A stretch of DNA of 54,501 nucleotides, the filler included, from Barthelona sp. PAP020 (lineage: Eukaryota): assembly GCA_040182905.1 (NCBI GenBank). It is 2 parts of 2 records of this genome, joined end to end, with 100 filler letters (N's around TTAATTAATTAA, not from the genome) between each part and the next. Parts side by side here need not be neighbours in the genome. Positions count along the whole stretch, not along the records: positions 1 to 27,399 come from JARQWU010000131.1; 1 more part is not named here. One strand, written 5' to 3'. The notes below the pieces were generated by a model that had not been told where the DNA came from, did not search any database, and saw only the letters and a list, made by a program, of their open reading frames with translations. Below, piece after piece: positions 10,355 through 21,077 of the stretch (positions are counted from its first letter, which is position 1; each line of letters starts with the position of its first letter). The position numbers and the translations under genes were made by a program.

Positions 10355-11783
10355 ATGAATTTTGTTTGTTCTTTCTTTTATCATTTGTAAAAATTAGATA
10401 TTAGTTTTTTATCAAGTTGGAGAAATACAACAATTTTTCATTTTGAATCTTCCAATCACTCCATTCGCTAATCAACTGAGATTACGAGATTGTCATACCT
10501 TTTTAAACTCGCAATTTGGTCTTGATGAAGACCATTATGTTGTTCAATTGAAATTTTCTCATCATGATTCTTTGTTAGCGATTGTAGTTGAAACTGGAGA
10601 TATTCTATTTACACCTTTTAACGAAATATATTTAGAACAAATAAAAACGAGATCTATAGTCAAAGCTCACAACAACTTTATTCATTCTATTGATTGGTCA
10701 TATGACGATTCATTATTGATTACTGGTTGTGTTGATTCATCTATTACAATTATTGATGTTGAAACAGAGACTATTTTAAAGTCTTTTGATTTTCATCAAT
10801 CCAGTTTGAAGTCAGTATCATTTCTTCCATGCAAAGGTATGGGTAATGGGAAAGATTCGTTTATATCTGCCTCGAAAGATGGAAAAATTTGTCTTTGGGA
10901 CATCAGAGTGAGCACCAACTTACCGTCTTTTGTTATTGAAGGAAGTCAATCTCTTGACTTTGTAAGAACAAGAACATCTTCAACAAGTTCATTGCCATCA
11001 CCTGTTGGTTTTGGAAATTCTCAGGAGTTTGGTCGAATGTCTCCTCGTTTATCACCAGCTTTATCTAATTCTTCTCATCGAGCATATTCACCATTATTGG
11101 GATCCAAGAGTTTATCTTCGACTCAAACACAACCATCGTCACACAGTTCTCATTTGACAAAGGCTGTTCCATTGTCTGATGGTGTTACTATTGTTTCTGC
11201 TGTTAATATCGATGGAATTTTGAGCTTTTGGGATCTAAGGTCGTTACGCAGTTCTTTTCGCAATAAAAAATCAGGTTATCCCTTTGCTACATTGTTTGTC
11301 AGTGACAGTGGGATTGTTGATATGGTTGAATCTCCAAGAGGTGATAGACTGGCAGTGTTGAGTATTTCCCACAATCAACCAAATCTCAACTTGATCGACA
11401 TACCAATGGGGATTTTGGAAAACAAGTGTATACCTCTTCAGTATATTCAACAAAACACTTTTTTTGGGCAATTGGCTTTTGATATGAATGGTGGTATGAT
11501 TGTATCTACCACCACTTCTGAAGGAGGATTCCCTTGTGTTGTGGATTTAGGTGGCGATTGTGTCAAACCTTCAGATAATTGGATTTCATCTTCAAACACG
11601 ACCCTAACGGGTGTTGTTCCATCTCCAATGGGTTTTGGTACGTATCTTACCTGTTGTGATGCACCATATTTTAAATTGTGGACAATTGAATCAACTATTT
11701 CATGTGAAGAAATGTTTCAATTAAAATATGGCATTAATTTAGTTTCTGAATCGGTTATGGAATCATGTTTATTTCCATTTTGA
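10355..11783 (+). CDS. DTL: Denticleless/Cdt2-like WD40 protein (CRL4 substrate receptor); predicted join(10355..10363,10398..11783), about 464 aa
   Basis: AHNNFIHSIDW, HQSSLKSVSF, SKDGKICLWDIR and TIVSAVNIDGILSFWDLR resemble DTL (AHWNAVFDLAW, HQCSLKSVAF, RDGNIMVWDTR, TLVSAGAVDGIIKVWDLR). The frame has no ATG until 10839, so a short 5' exon is inferred. Confidence 0.75.
10364..10397 (+). other. Predicted 34-nt spliceosomal intron (GTTTGT...AATTAG)
   Basis: Removing it joins ATG AAT TTT in frame to the DTL ORF. The upstream in-frame stop of that ORF is the acceptor TAG itself. Confidence 0.65.
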
Positions 11784-11936
11784 GATTATTTGATTAATTC
11801 AAGTTTTTTTACATTGAATGGTTATAAATATTCTATTTTTTTGTTTTTTATCATTATTTTGATTTTAGAATATGTAAATAAAGAATATAAAAAAGAAAAG
11901 ATTTTGGTTTTTGTTTTGTTTTTTTCTTTTTCAAAA

Positions 11937-12959
11937 ATGACCGAAGACAAAGATGATATTCAATTGATTGAACCAAGTGTTCCCACGTTTTGTGAAGAAC
12001 AAGAAGTGTTTGGTGCTTTTACCGATTTACCCAACAAACCAACACTCTTGTGGAGAATTTTCAGAATTATTTTTTTACCTTTAACATTAATCCGTGTACT
12101 TTTTTTCACAATCTTTACTGTTGTTTTTCTTACTTTATCTGTTTTAATTATTTCTTTTCCTATTGGTGTGAAGAGAGCAAGTAATTCCCCAATTAGAAGA
12201 GCATTATTTGCTAAATCTACTCAATTTGGTTCCAAAATACTTTTATTGGCACTTGGTTTTATTCGTGTTAAAGTTACTGACCTTTCTGAAGGTTCTAAAG
12301 GAATATATATTGGTAATCATTCAGTTTTTGTGGATATTCTTTTTGTTTTATCATCTTTACCTGTTTCATTGATTGGTAAAGTGGGTGTGAAAAATATGCC
12401 TATTGTTGGTGCTTGTGCTACTGGAATTGATTGTGTATTTGTTGACAGAGCTGATAATGAGTCAAAGAAGCATGTTATGGAAGAGATTGATAAGAGAGCT
12501 GATTTAATTCAAAAAGGTAGCAAAAGAAAATTGATGCTATTCCCAGAAGGTACTTGCACAAATGGTCACAGTTTGGTTTCATTCAAGAAGGGAGCTTTTA
12601 ATCCAATGAAACCTGTGATTCCTATTACTTTGAGATATCATACTCACGGTTATGAAAGTGGTTGGGTTGCAAAGAGCTTATGGCGTATTTATTTCCGTTT
12701 AGCTTTAAATCCTTGGAATAGTGGAAATATCACCATTCACAAAGCTGTTGTACCAAAGAAAAAAGAAACTGTTGATCAATTCACGGATAGATGCCGTAAG
12801 GTTATGGCTGAGAAATTGAGTGTACCATTAGAAGATACTGGATTTGCAGAGCATCGTCCTGGTATTGATTATTATGAAGGAAGAATTACTTTTGAAGAAG
12901 CAAAGAAGCGTGTAGAAGAAGCTAAAAAAGCTAGATTAGAAAGGTCAAATAATAGATGA
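11937..12959 (+). CDS. LPCAT/AGPAT-family lysophospholipid acyltransferase
   Basis: N-terminal TM segment, catalytic NHSVFVD (HX4D), FVDR, LFPEGTCTNG and FKKGAF. The first ATG is at 11937. Confidence 0.92.
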   Translation: MTEDKDDIQLIEPSVPTFCEEQEVFGAFTDLPNKPTLLWRIFRIIFLPLTLIRVLFFTIFTVVFLTLSVLIISFPIGVKRASNSPIRRALFAKSTQFGSKILLLALGFIRVKVTDLSEGSKGIYIGNHSVFVDILFVLSSLPVSLIGKVGVKNMPIVGACATGIDCVFVDRADNESKKHVMEEIDKRADLIQKGSKRKLMLFPEGTCTNGHSLVSFKKGAFNPMKPVIPITLRYHTHGYESGWVAKSLWRIYFRLALNPWNSGNITIHKAVVPKKKETVDQFTDRCRKVMAEKLSVPLEDTGFAEHRPGIDYYEGRITFEEAKKRVEEAKKARLERSNNR

Positions 12960-13636
12960 TTCGAATATAAAAGTTTAAATTTAGTTTGTTTGTTTAAAAA
13001 AAAGTAGAGATTTTCTAAGCCTTTTTATTATTAAGAAAAATGTATTACTGTTTGATTCTTCAAGAGAAATAACCACCAGTTGGAAAGTTGATAAATAAAC
13101 GGAAGTTAAAAATTACAAAGATGTTCTTAAGAGGATAGATAACGTTAGAACAGCGCTTTTTAACCACAAAATTCTTGAGTTTTATCTTTAGATCATTTTG
13201 TTTTTTCCTTTGGTCACAAAAAAAAATCCGAGATTATTCAATTTAGTCAAAATTCTAACCATTTCACAACACTAAAGCAATCTAAAAACATAAAAACAAA
13301 GTCTTATAAATTTTTAAATAGATTAAAGAATATTAAAAAGAATTTAAGTTGTTTTTCTTTTCTTATTCCAAAAGAATATTCTCTTTTATTAATTAAATTT
13401 AAAGATGTTTTTTGTGATGAACAGCTTTCTTTTTCAAAAATATGACGACCAATGAAAAGAAAATCAATGTTTGCTTTCTGTTGAAATTTGGTCTTCTTAA
13501 TTCGAGAAAAAGATTGTAATTGTGCATTTTTTTTTGTTTCGAAAAAAGATGCTGTTTAAAAAAGGAAATTTTGACTAGACAAAAATTTTTTTTAAAAATT
13601 TTAGATTCAATTTTTTAATTTAATGAACTTGGAATT

Positions 13637-16600
13637 ATGACTAATCTTGACAAATTGAAGGAAGCATTTTTCAATCCTTATGATTTTGGGATTTCTCATT
13701 CTGATTTATTAAGTCAGTTATTTAATGTATTTGAAACAGATTTCACAAAGTACAAAGAGTTTTTTGAAGATATTATATTTAATTCCAATCCAAAATTAGT
13801 AGAACTTAATTATATATTGATCTACAAATATTTTGAGTTTATTGTTGATGTATTGAATGTAAATGAGGAAAATTTAATTGATCAAATGATTGTACCCTTT
13901 TTCTTTAAGTCAAATTATTCACCACGTCAAATTTATTTATTTATTTTCAATTTTAACAGTTTATCAAAGTCTATATGGAAATTGTTACTTAATGAGGAGG
14001 TTAAAAAAGTTAATCAAGTGGTTTTTGATGTTGAACAGTCAGTTTTTCAGAATATTATTGTGTTTTTGCGATATTTGGTTGAAAGAGGAAGATTTCTTGA
14101 GTTTTTAGCAAACATTCCAATCAATTTTGATTTTCAATTGAATGAAAGTGTTGCAAAATTGAAATATGAAAGTTTTAAAGATTTTGAAAGATTGAAGATT
14201 TATTTCGATACAATTTTGATGGTTTTGTCTCTTTTTGAAGATAATAAATTGTTTTCCAAGCATAGAAAAATCAGCATTACGGGAATATTTTTTACAAACA
14301 TTTTGATTCCCAAAATAAATGATGAAAATTATGAAAATGCTTTGAAAATTATTTATTTGTATTTTTGTTGTAAATTTGAGAATAAAAAATTAACAAATTT
14401 CGATATTTACAGTATTTTGAGACAATTCTTTATATCTAATTCACCCATTTTGAAAGCTTATCAAGCTAAAGAATGTAACATTTTCGAATTTTTCAATGCA
14501 CTCAAATCTTTTTTGGTTGAAAATAATTATTCAAATGTATTCTTTGATATTTCAAAAGTTATATTTGAAAACATTAAGATTATCAAGGAAAATTGTGTTT
14601 TTTTGTCAGATGATGATTCAAAAATAGATGATGAAAGTTTTTCAGTAAAAACAGACATTTTTAATTCTTTGATTGATCTTTTAAGTATTCCTGAAATTTT
14701 ATTTCAAAGGTTTAATAACTATTGTATCTATAATTTCTTAAGTCCTCAAATATTGAACAAAATCAAAGATATTCCATCAAAAGTTGTTTTGGAATGTAAT
14801 TCATCTTTAAATAGTCCTATTACTGCTCAACAAATGGAGAATCTATTTCAAAAAATAAAAGAAGATGATATTATAGCAATTAGAGAAGCATTAAAACAAA
14901 GGTTTAATTGGTTTGCATATGAAAAGGAAAATGGTTCTATATCAATGATTGAATGTTCAATAATCCATGATCGATATGAAATTTTTGAGATGTTAGTTCT
15001 GAATGGGTTTTGCACTAGCAAAACAAATGAAGAGTTATTAATAGTAGCAAGCAAACATACAACCTCAAAATATTTGAAATTTTTGTTAACTTTTTGCAGA
15101 CCTACTGTTAATGTTTGGATAAATTGTTTAAATTGTGGAATCTTATCACACATTGAGTTATTATTCAATTACTTTGCAGAAATAATTAATAAGCCTGTAT
15201 TTAATGGTTGTACTTCTCTATATTTATTATGTGAATATGGATACTTTGATTGTGTTAAATTCTTGGTTAATAATGGTGCTGATTTTAATATTTCTTGTAC
15301 TAACAATTTTGAATGGAATCCTGTTGCAATAGCTGCTTATAACAAATATTATGACATTGTGTTATGGTTATTGAGCAATAAAAAATATGAGTTTAGTGAG
15401 AATAAAGGTTTACATCCTTCATATATTAGTGTGTATTATGAAGATATTGAATTGGCAAAGTTATTAAAAGATAAATGTGTTTCATCTGCCTTTTATCTAG
15501 CTGTGTATTTAAAGAGAACTGATTTTGTTGAATTATTCATTCAAAATGGATATGTTTGTGCTGCTGTTGATGATAATGGTAAAAGTGTATTGGAATATGC
15601 CACAATGACAAATGAATATTCACTAGTAAAGTTAATTGTTGATGCTGGAATTGATAATGATGAATTCATTGAAAGAAGTTTAAGGATCTGTGTTCAAAAT
15701 GGAAATTTATTGATCTTTGAGCTTTTATTTTCCAAATTAAAGAAAGATTTCTATCAAATTTTGGATAAATCTTTCGTTGAACAAATATTTAAAGGGAAAA
15801 ACTTTAATATATTTCAGAAAGTTCATCAAACTTATGATATTCTTAATTTGTCAAAGAAATTTAATATTGATGTGGTTGAGTTGAGTTGTTCAAGTGGATT
15901 TGTTGAGTTCTTAAGTTTTGCATGTAATGATGAAAGTTTTAATCTGAATATCAGACTGATTGAAAATCAAGCAGAGTATGTAAAAATTGCCATCAGATTT
16001 TCACAAAAAGAAATAATTTTGTGGTTTATGGAGATGTTCGAAATCAATATAAGCAAAATTTCTTGCACAAGTATCTTGATTGACCTTGCTAAACAAAAGA
16101 ATTATGAATTTTTGAAATGGTTGATTCATAACAACATTGAATTTGATGGTGTTTTTGATCAAGAATCAGTATTAAGCATTTTGATTCAACAAGGTAATTT
16201 TGAATTATTCAAATATATTGTTACAAAAAGCACACCAAATCATAGTATCATTAACAGGCCTTATAGAGGAGGTTTAACTCTATTACATCTAAGTGTACGG
16301 TTGAAAAGACATGAATTTTCCAGATTTTTGATTGAACAACAGGGTATTGATCTTCATGCCATGGCATACAATGGTGCAGATATTGTTTTTTTTGCCATTG
16401 AGCAAAATGATATCAAAATGCTTTTATTTTTTGTAGAAACGCTGAAATTGAAGTGTACAGCATCAATAAGAAATGGATCCAATGCAATAATGTGTGCCGT
16501 ACAGAGAGGAGACATTGAATTGGCGGCATATTTGCATGCCAATGGTTGTGATATCAATCAGACTATGAATGATGGTTATTCTCCTTTACATTGTGCTATT

Positions 16601-19600
16601 CAACATAGAAATTTGGAGATGTGTCGATTTTTATTGACTCATGGGATTGACGTAAATCAAAAATCTTTGATTCACTCGAGTGCTTTTGTTTATGCACACA
16701 AAATCAATTTTTTGGAGATTATTCCTGATTTGTTGGCTTTTGGAGCTGTTGATGAAACAAACAAGGTAAAGTTTTACACTGTTAAAAGGAAGTGTGATTT
16801 CAATAAAGTAAAGCTGCCTTTTAGACTTTTTGAATATTTTGAAGATGAAAGCATAAAGTTCATTAGGGGAAGAGATGTCTTTATAGCATTGTATTTGGAT
16901 GATTTTGAGGCTTTTGAGAAAATTTTGAGAATTGATGAGATTCAAAAGAACATACATTTATTTGTGGACGTTCAAGGATCAAGTCTCTTACATCATGCAG
17001 TCTTCAATGACAATATTAAGGCTTTTAACCTGTTGTTACTATTAGGGGCAGACCTAACGAAAGTTAACAATAAAGGATTCTCAGTTTTGCACATTGCAGT
17101 ACAGCAAAAGCATTTTAACATGACGAAGACGATTTTGAAGAAGGATTTTTCGCTGGCAACTGGTCAAACTGAATCTTTATACACCCCATTACATTTGGCA
17201 GCACTCAACAATGATACTAAGATTGTTCATTTGTTATTGGAAGGTGGTGTGAAACCAGATTGTACAAAAATTCTCTCTTCTTTGATATTGAAAGGAAAAC
17301 TTGAGATGTTTGTATATTTGTTGCAAAATGAAGCAGGCAAATTCATCAAAGATATCTCAGATTATGAGATTATTTTGGCACTACTCTTTCAATATGGGAG
17401 TTTTGAGCTTGCAAAATCATGGTTTACCTTTGTTTTTAGCAAAGACTTGGACATTAATTTGGTGGAAGAAGTGATATTGAAGCATCTTTTTGCTTGCAAG
17501 TGGTATCGATGTGAACTGTTTGATTATTTGATGTACGGAACAAATGAGTCAAATGATAATACAGAAGAAGGATTTTTACCTGCTAATATTATTAGTAAAT
17601 ATCATCTCAAATGCTTAAAAACTAGTTGTATTATTGAGAATTTGAAACATGATCCTATTGAAGTTATTAAGCAATTCAGACAACAATGGAATATAGATTA
17701 TCCTACTTTGTGTGAATTTTGTGGAATAAAAAGTTTAAGAGAATTCCAGCCAATAAATGTTGTTGCTCAGTTAAATGATGATGAAGGTTTGAGATATTTA
17801 TTTAGCTTGAAAGAGTTCAAATACGCTTCGGAAGAAAATGGTATGGCCTTTTTGCAAGCTTGTTCAAGAAATCAAATGGACATTGCTTCAACCTTTTTTA
17901 AAAATGGAGCTGATCCATTCTTTGTTATTGAAGGTGCTTATCCTATAGAATTAGTGATTTTAAACGGTAATTTCGAATTATTTAAGATATTTGTTGAAAA
18001 TCAAACAGAACGAATATTAAATTTGCCACGTTCAATAAAAAATCACGTCTTTGTGCATTGTAAGAGCATTCAAATAGTTCATTATTTGCTTGATTTGGGA
18101 TGGGATGTAAACTCGGTGTGTAATGGCGATTCTATTTTGCATCAGACTTTGCACAGAGATGATTTGGGTATGTTTAAAACTTTACTTGACCATAATGTTG
18201 ATCTTTATCAATTCGATCATGCTAAACATACAATTTCTGTTCTTGCAAAGAAAGAAATATGGACTTATCTTACTTCTGAGCAGCTCATTGATTTTTCTCA
18301 TCCTCATATTTGTTTTCCATTCTATGTGATAAATAATTTTTGTTTTGAACTGAAGGATCTCATTCCTTATGTGATTGAGGATCAATTAGTTCAAGTCAAG
18401 TGTTTTGTCAACATGGGTCATCGGTTGAATAAGTATTGGAAGGGTTTTTCTTTGCTTCATATTGCTGTAATGAATAATTCTTTCGCTGTAACAAAGTACT
18501 TGTTTGAAATGTCTGAACATCATGATATTGACATTAATGACATAAGTTGTGGGTATTCTCCAATGCACATAGCATTGGTTTTGGGAAACCCAAGCATTGT
18601 TGAATTGTTTGTTGAGCAGAAAGCCAAAAATCTTAATTATCGAAGTTCATCCTCACAATTTGGTGTCTTGGAACAGTTTATCATTAAAAGAAAAGGTGCA
18701 TTTGTGCACGATGAGCTGAGTTATATTCAATATTTATTTTACAAGGGGCTTGTGTTTCATACCAACAGAAATAATGACCGTATTTTTAACTTGGCTATAT
18801 ATTATGGAAATGAGAGATTGATTGATGTTCTCAGAATGAATTGTTTTGAGTTGAATGGAACCATTTTTGACTATGCATGTAAGTTAAAGAATTTCAAAAT
18901 GATTAAATATTTATGTGGTATTATTTCCCCTAATTTGTTGTCATCAAACAGTGTTATATTTATTGAATTGAATGTAGATTTTATTTTTCCAGATTTTTTG
19001 GACAATACTGCTAATAATTCACAGTATTCTTCTCTAGCTCCCTTTATTGGCAATGTTTGGACAGATTTGAGACAGGAAAAAGATTTCTTCTTCAAGTATT
19101 TTGATCATTCTTTTTCAGATGTCTTGGAAGATTTATCTTTAAAAAACAGTGCCATCGAATTATGGGATATGTGTCAAAACGATCCCAGTCAAATTCAACA
19201 GTTTTTTGAAAATATTACACCAATAAAACAAGTATCTATTTTGTGTCATTTTTTGATGCTTGGAGAAAAATCCTTCGATTATTTCCATGAATTTTTTTCT
19301 TACATAAGTGATATTAACGCCATAGGTGTCAATGGAACACTCCTCTCTTATGTCATTGAATGGTTACCTTATGATTATGAAGATGGGCAACAATATCTTG
19401 ATTTGATTGATCTTTTATTCAGCCACAAAGCAGATCCTTTCATTCTATATGAGAATGGTCAGGTTAGATCTTGTCCAATTGTTTCTTTGGTCAATAAAAT
19501 TTGTGAATATTATTTGGATTTCAACGGATCAAAATATCAAGACATGATGATATCATTATTCATGAGATTCCTTGAAGATGCGAAAGCGGACGATTTTGTG

Positions 19601-19678
19601 GTTGAATTATGGTCTGGAGAAAAAGTACAAATCAAGCAATTGAATATTAACCGTTGTGGCCGTATTCGTTTTCGTTGA
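13637..19678 (+). CDS. Large ankyrin-repeat protein (2013 aa)
   Basis: Many ankyrin repeats (GCTSLYLLC, GLTLLHLSV, GYSPLHCAI, GSSLLHHAV, GFSVLHIAV, YTPLHLAA, GYSPMHIAL) after an N-terminus of about 400 aa without repeats. Confidence 0.9.
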   Translation: MTNLDKLKEAFFNPYDFGISHSDLLSQLFNVFETDFTKYKEFFEDIIFNSNPKLVELNYILIYKYFEFIVDVLNVNEENLIDQMIVPFFFKSNYSPRQIYLFIFNFNSLSKSIWKLLLNEEVKKVNQVVFDVEQSVFQNIIVFLRYLVERGRFLEFLANIPINFDFQLNESVAKLKYESFKDFERLKIYFDTILMVLSLFEDNKLFSKHRKISITGIFFTNILIPKINDENYENALKIIYLYFCCKFENKKLTNFDIYSILRQFFISNSPILKAYQAKECNIFEFFNALKSFLVENNYSNVFFDISKVIFENIKIIKENCVFLSDDDSKIDDESFSVKTDIFNSLIDLLSIPEILFQRFNNYCIYNFLSPQILNKIKDIPSKVVLECNSSLNSPITAQQMENLFQKIKEDDIIAIREALKQRFNWFAYEKENGSISMIECSIIHDRYEIFEMLVLNGFCTSKTNEELLIVASKHTTSKYLKFLLTFCRPTVNVWINCLNCGILSHIELLFNYFAEIINKPVFNGCTSLYLLCEYGYFDCVKFLVNNGADFNISCTNNFEWNPVAIAAYNKYYDIVLWLLSNKKYEFSENKGLHPSYISVYYEDIELAKLLKDKCVSSAFYLAVYLKRTDFVELFIQNGYVCAAVDDNGKSVLEYATMTNEYSLVKLIVDAGIDNDEFIERSLRICVQNGNLLIFELLFSKLKKDFYQILDKSFVEQIFKGKNFNIFQKVHQTYDILNLSKKFNIDVVELSCSSGFVEFLSFACNDESFNLNIRLIENQAEYVKIAIRFSQKEIILWFMEMFEINISKISCTSILIDLAKQKNYEFLKWLIHNNIEFDGVFDQESVLSILIQQGNFELFKYIVTKSTPNHSIINRPYRGGLTLLHLSVRLKRHEFSRFLIEQQGIDLHAMAYNGADIVFFAIEQNDIKMLLFFVETLKLKCTASIRNGSNAIMCAVQRGDIELAAYLHANGCDINQTMNDGYSPLHCAIQHRNLEMCRFLLTHGIDVNQKSLIHSSAFVYAHKINFLEIIPDLLAFGAVDETNKVKFYTVKRKCDFNKVKLPFRLFEYFEDESIKFIRGRDVFIALYLDDFEAFEKILRIDEIQKNIHLFVDVQGSSLLHHAVFNDNIKAFNLLLLLGADLTKVNNKGFSVLHIAVQQKHFNMTKTILKKDFSLATGQTESLYTPLHLAALNNDTKIVHLLLEGGVKPDCTKILSSLILKGKLEMFVYLLQNEAGKFIKDISDYEIILALLFQYGSFELAKSWFTFVFSKDLDINLVEEVILKHLFACKWYRCELFDYLMYGTNESNDNTEEGFLPANIISKYHLKCLKTSCIIENLKHDPIEVIKQFRQQWNIDYPTLCEFCGIKSLREFQPINVVAQLNDDEGLRYLFSLKEFKYASEENGMAFLQACSRNQMDIASTFFKNGADPFFVIEGAYPIELVILNGNFELFKIFVENQTERILNLPRSIKNHVFVHCKSIQIVHYLLDLGWDVNSVCNGDSILHQTLHRDDLGMFKTLLDHNVDLYQFDHAKHTISVLAKKEIWTYLTSEQLIDFSHPHICFPFYVINNFCFELKDLIPYVIEDQLVQVKCFVNMGHRLNKYWKGFSLLHIAVMNNSFAVTKYLFEMSEHHDIDINDISCGYSPMHIALVLGNPSIVELFVEQKAKNLNYRSSSSQFGVLEQFIIKRKGAFVHDELSYIQYLFYKGLVFHTNRNNDRIFNLAIYYGNERLIDVLRMNCFELNGTIFDYACKLKNFKMIKYLCGIISPNLLSSNSVIFIELNVDFIFPDFLDNTANNSQYSSLAPFIGNVWTDLRQEKDFFFKYFDHSFSDVLEDLSLKNSAIELWDMCQNDPSQIQQFFENITPIKQVSILCHFLMLGEKSFDYFHEFFSYISDINAIGVNGTLLSYVIEWLPYDYEDGQQYLDLIDLLFSHKADPFILYENGQVRSCPIVSLVNKICEYYLDFNGSKYQDMMISLFMRFLEDAKADDFVVELWSGEKVQIKQLNINRCGRIRFR

Positions 19679-20134
19679 TTTTTAACGTATGTTGGGATCA
19701 TGTTATTGAAAATGTTGGCACAGTAATTTGACGTTTTTGTAAATCAGTAAACAATTATTTTTCCTTTGCACAAATATTTTCCAAAATTTTCAACTTAAGT
19801 GTTAAACCCATCAGTTCAGTAAATAACAAATATTTATTTTTAGTCATATTCGGAGTTGAGGAGATTGGGAGGAAAAAGGTGGCATGCATTTTAGGAAAAC
19901 CTATTCAGTTGAGGAACAGGTCCAATGCTCTGTGTTTCTTTTGTTTTTATGTGTTTTCTTTCACAATTTCATGCTTTCTTCCATAACCAATGATTAATAA
20001 AGAAAAATCATTTTCTTTGAATAAGAACAGTTTTTTTTTTCTTTTTATACTTCCAATCTTGCAAAGAATTAATAAAAAAGTGTTTCCAACATCAGAAACC
20101 TTCATTTTGCCAAGAAAAAAAGAAAAGATAATAT

Positions 20135-21007
20135 TTACATCATCACTTCCATTTTTGGTTGTTGTTTCAATTTATTTTCTTTGGGATTATAAAGACTAGA
20201 AAATGGAAGATATTCAATACTTTTACCATTGATAATGGGTGGATACTCGAAATCAGGACCAAAATTTGCTTGTATTACAGCATCTCGATAGATTCCAACC
20301 GCAGGAAACCATAAATTATCTCTTTTAATAGGAAAATTTCCAAATGCAAGATTTTGACACTCACCATTCTTGAAAAATATCAATTCAGACCAATACTGTT
20401 GAAGATCCATCTTTTCTGATACAGGATAAACAGCAATGTTTGGATCTCCTTTCCAATGTTCAAGTGTTTCAAAGGAAAGAGTTCTTTGTTCACGAGTATG
20501 TTGATATAATGGAGTTCTTAGATGTTTGATACTTTTGGAATGTGCAGGTCGATTCTTTGAAATTCTAACCAATATTCCAATTACATCACCTTTGTCAAAA
20601 GATTTCCCATATACAAAACCTTTGGAACTGGAAAAAATGACACCATCTTTATCTCTCATTCCAAAACTCTCACTATCATATCCAGGATATGCATAAATAT
20701 CACCTAAACGTGTAGAAATGCCAACTCTGATATGTCCATTAGAATTTAATTTTTTGATTTCGTAATAAAAACTGCCTTCTTTAACACCATGAGTTCCCAA
20801 GACCATAGTATATCCAATATCAGGTTGACCTGCAGCAATAGTTAAATCACCAGGTGGTTCATTTAATCTTATTGAAGGAGGTCGATCAACAGGACTCCAA
20901 GAAACATGATCAGGAATAAAATTGTGAAATCTGAACGCAATTTGTTCGATAGAATTCGGTTTTTCTCTATCTATTCCTAATTTGGAATAATCAACTTCAG
21001 ATGTCAT
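20135..21007 (-). CDS. ASH2L: ASH2L/Bre2-like SPRY protein (COMPASS subunit)
   Basis: GYTMVLGTHGVKEGSFYYEI, GHIRVG, PGYDSESFG, GDVIG, IFFKNG and ANFGPDFEYPP match the ASH2 SPRY domain. Confidence 0.82.
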   Translation of the reverse strand: MTSEVDYSKLGIDREKPNSIEQIAFRFHNFIPDHVSWSPVDRPPSIRLNEPPGDLTIAAGQPDIGYTMVLGTHGVKEGSFYYEIKKLNSNGHIRVGISTRLGDIYAYPGYDSESFGMRDKDGVIFSSSKGFVYGKSFDKGDVIGILVRISKNRPAHSKSIKHLRTPLYQHTREQRTLSFETLEHWKGDPNIAVYPVSEKMDLQQYWSELIFFKNGECQNLAFGNFPIKRDNLWFPAVGIYRDAVIQANFGPDFEYPPIINGKSIEYLPFSSLYNPKENKLKQQPKMEVMM

Positions 21008-21077
21008 TGAATATTATACAGTAAAACAATAAAAAATCTTCTTTTTTTGTTTCATCCAAATTTGTGATTGTGTCATC

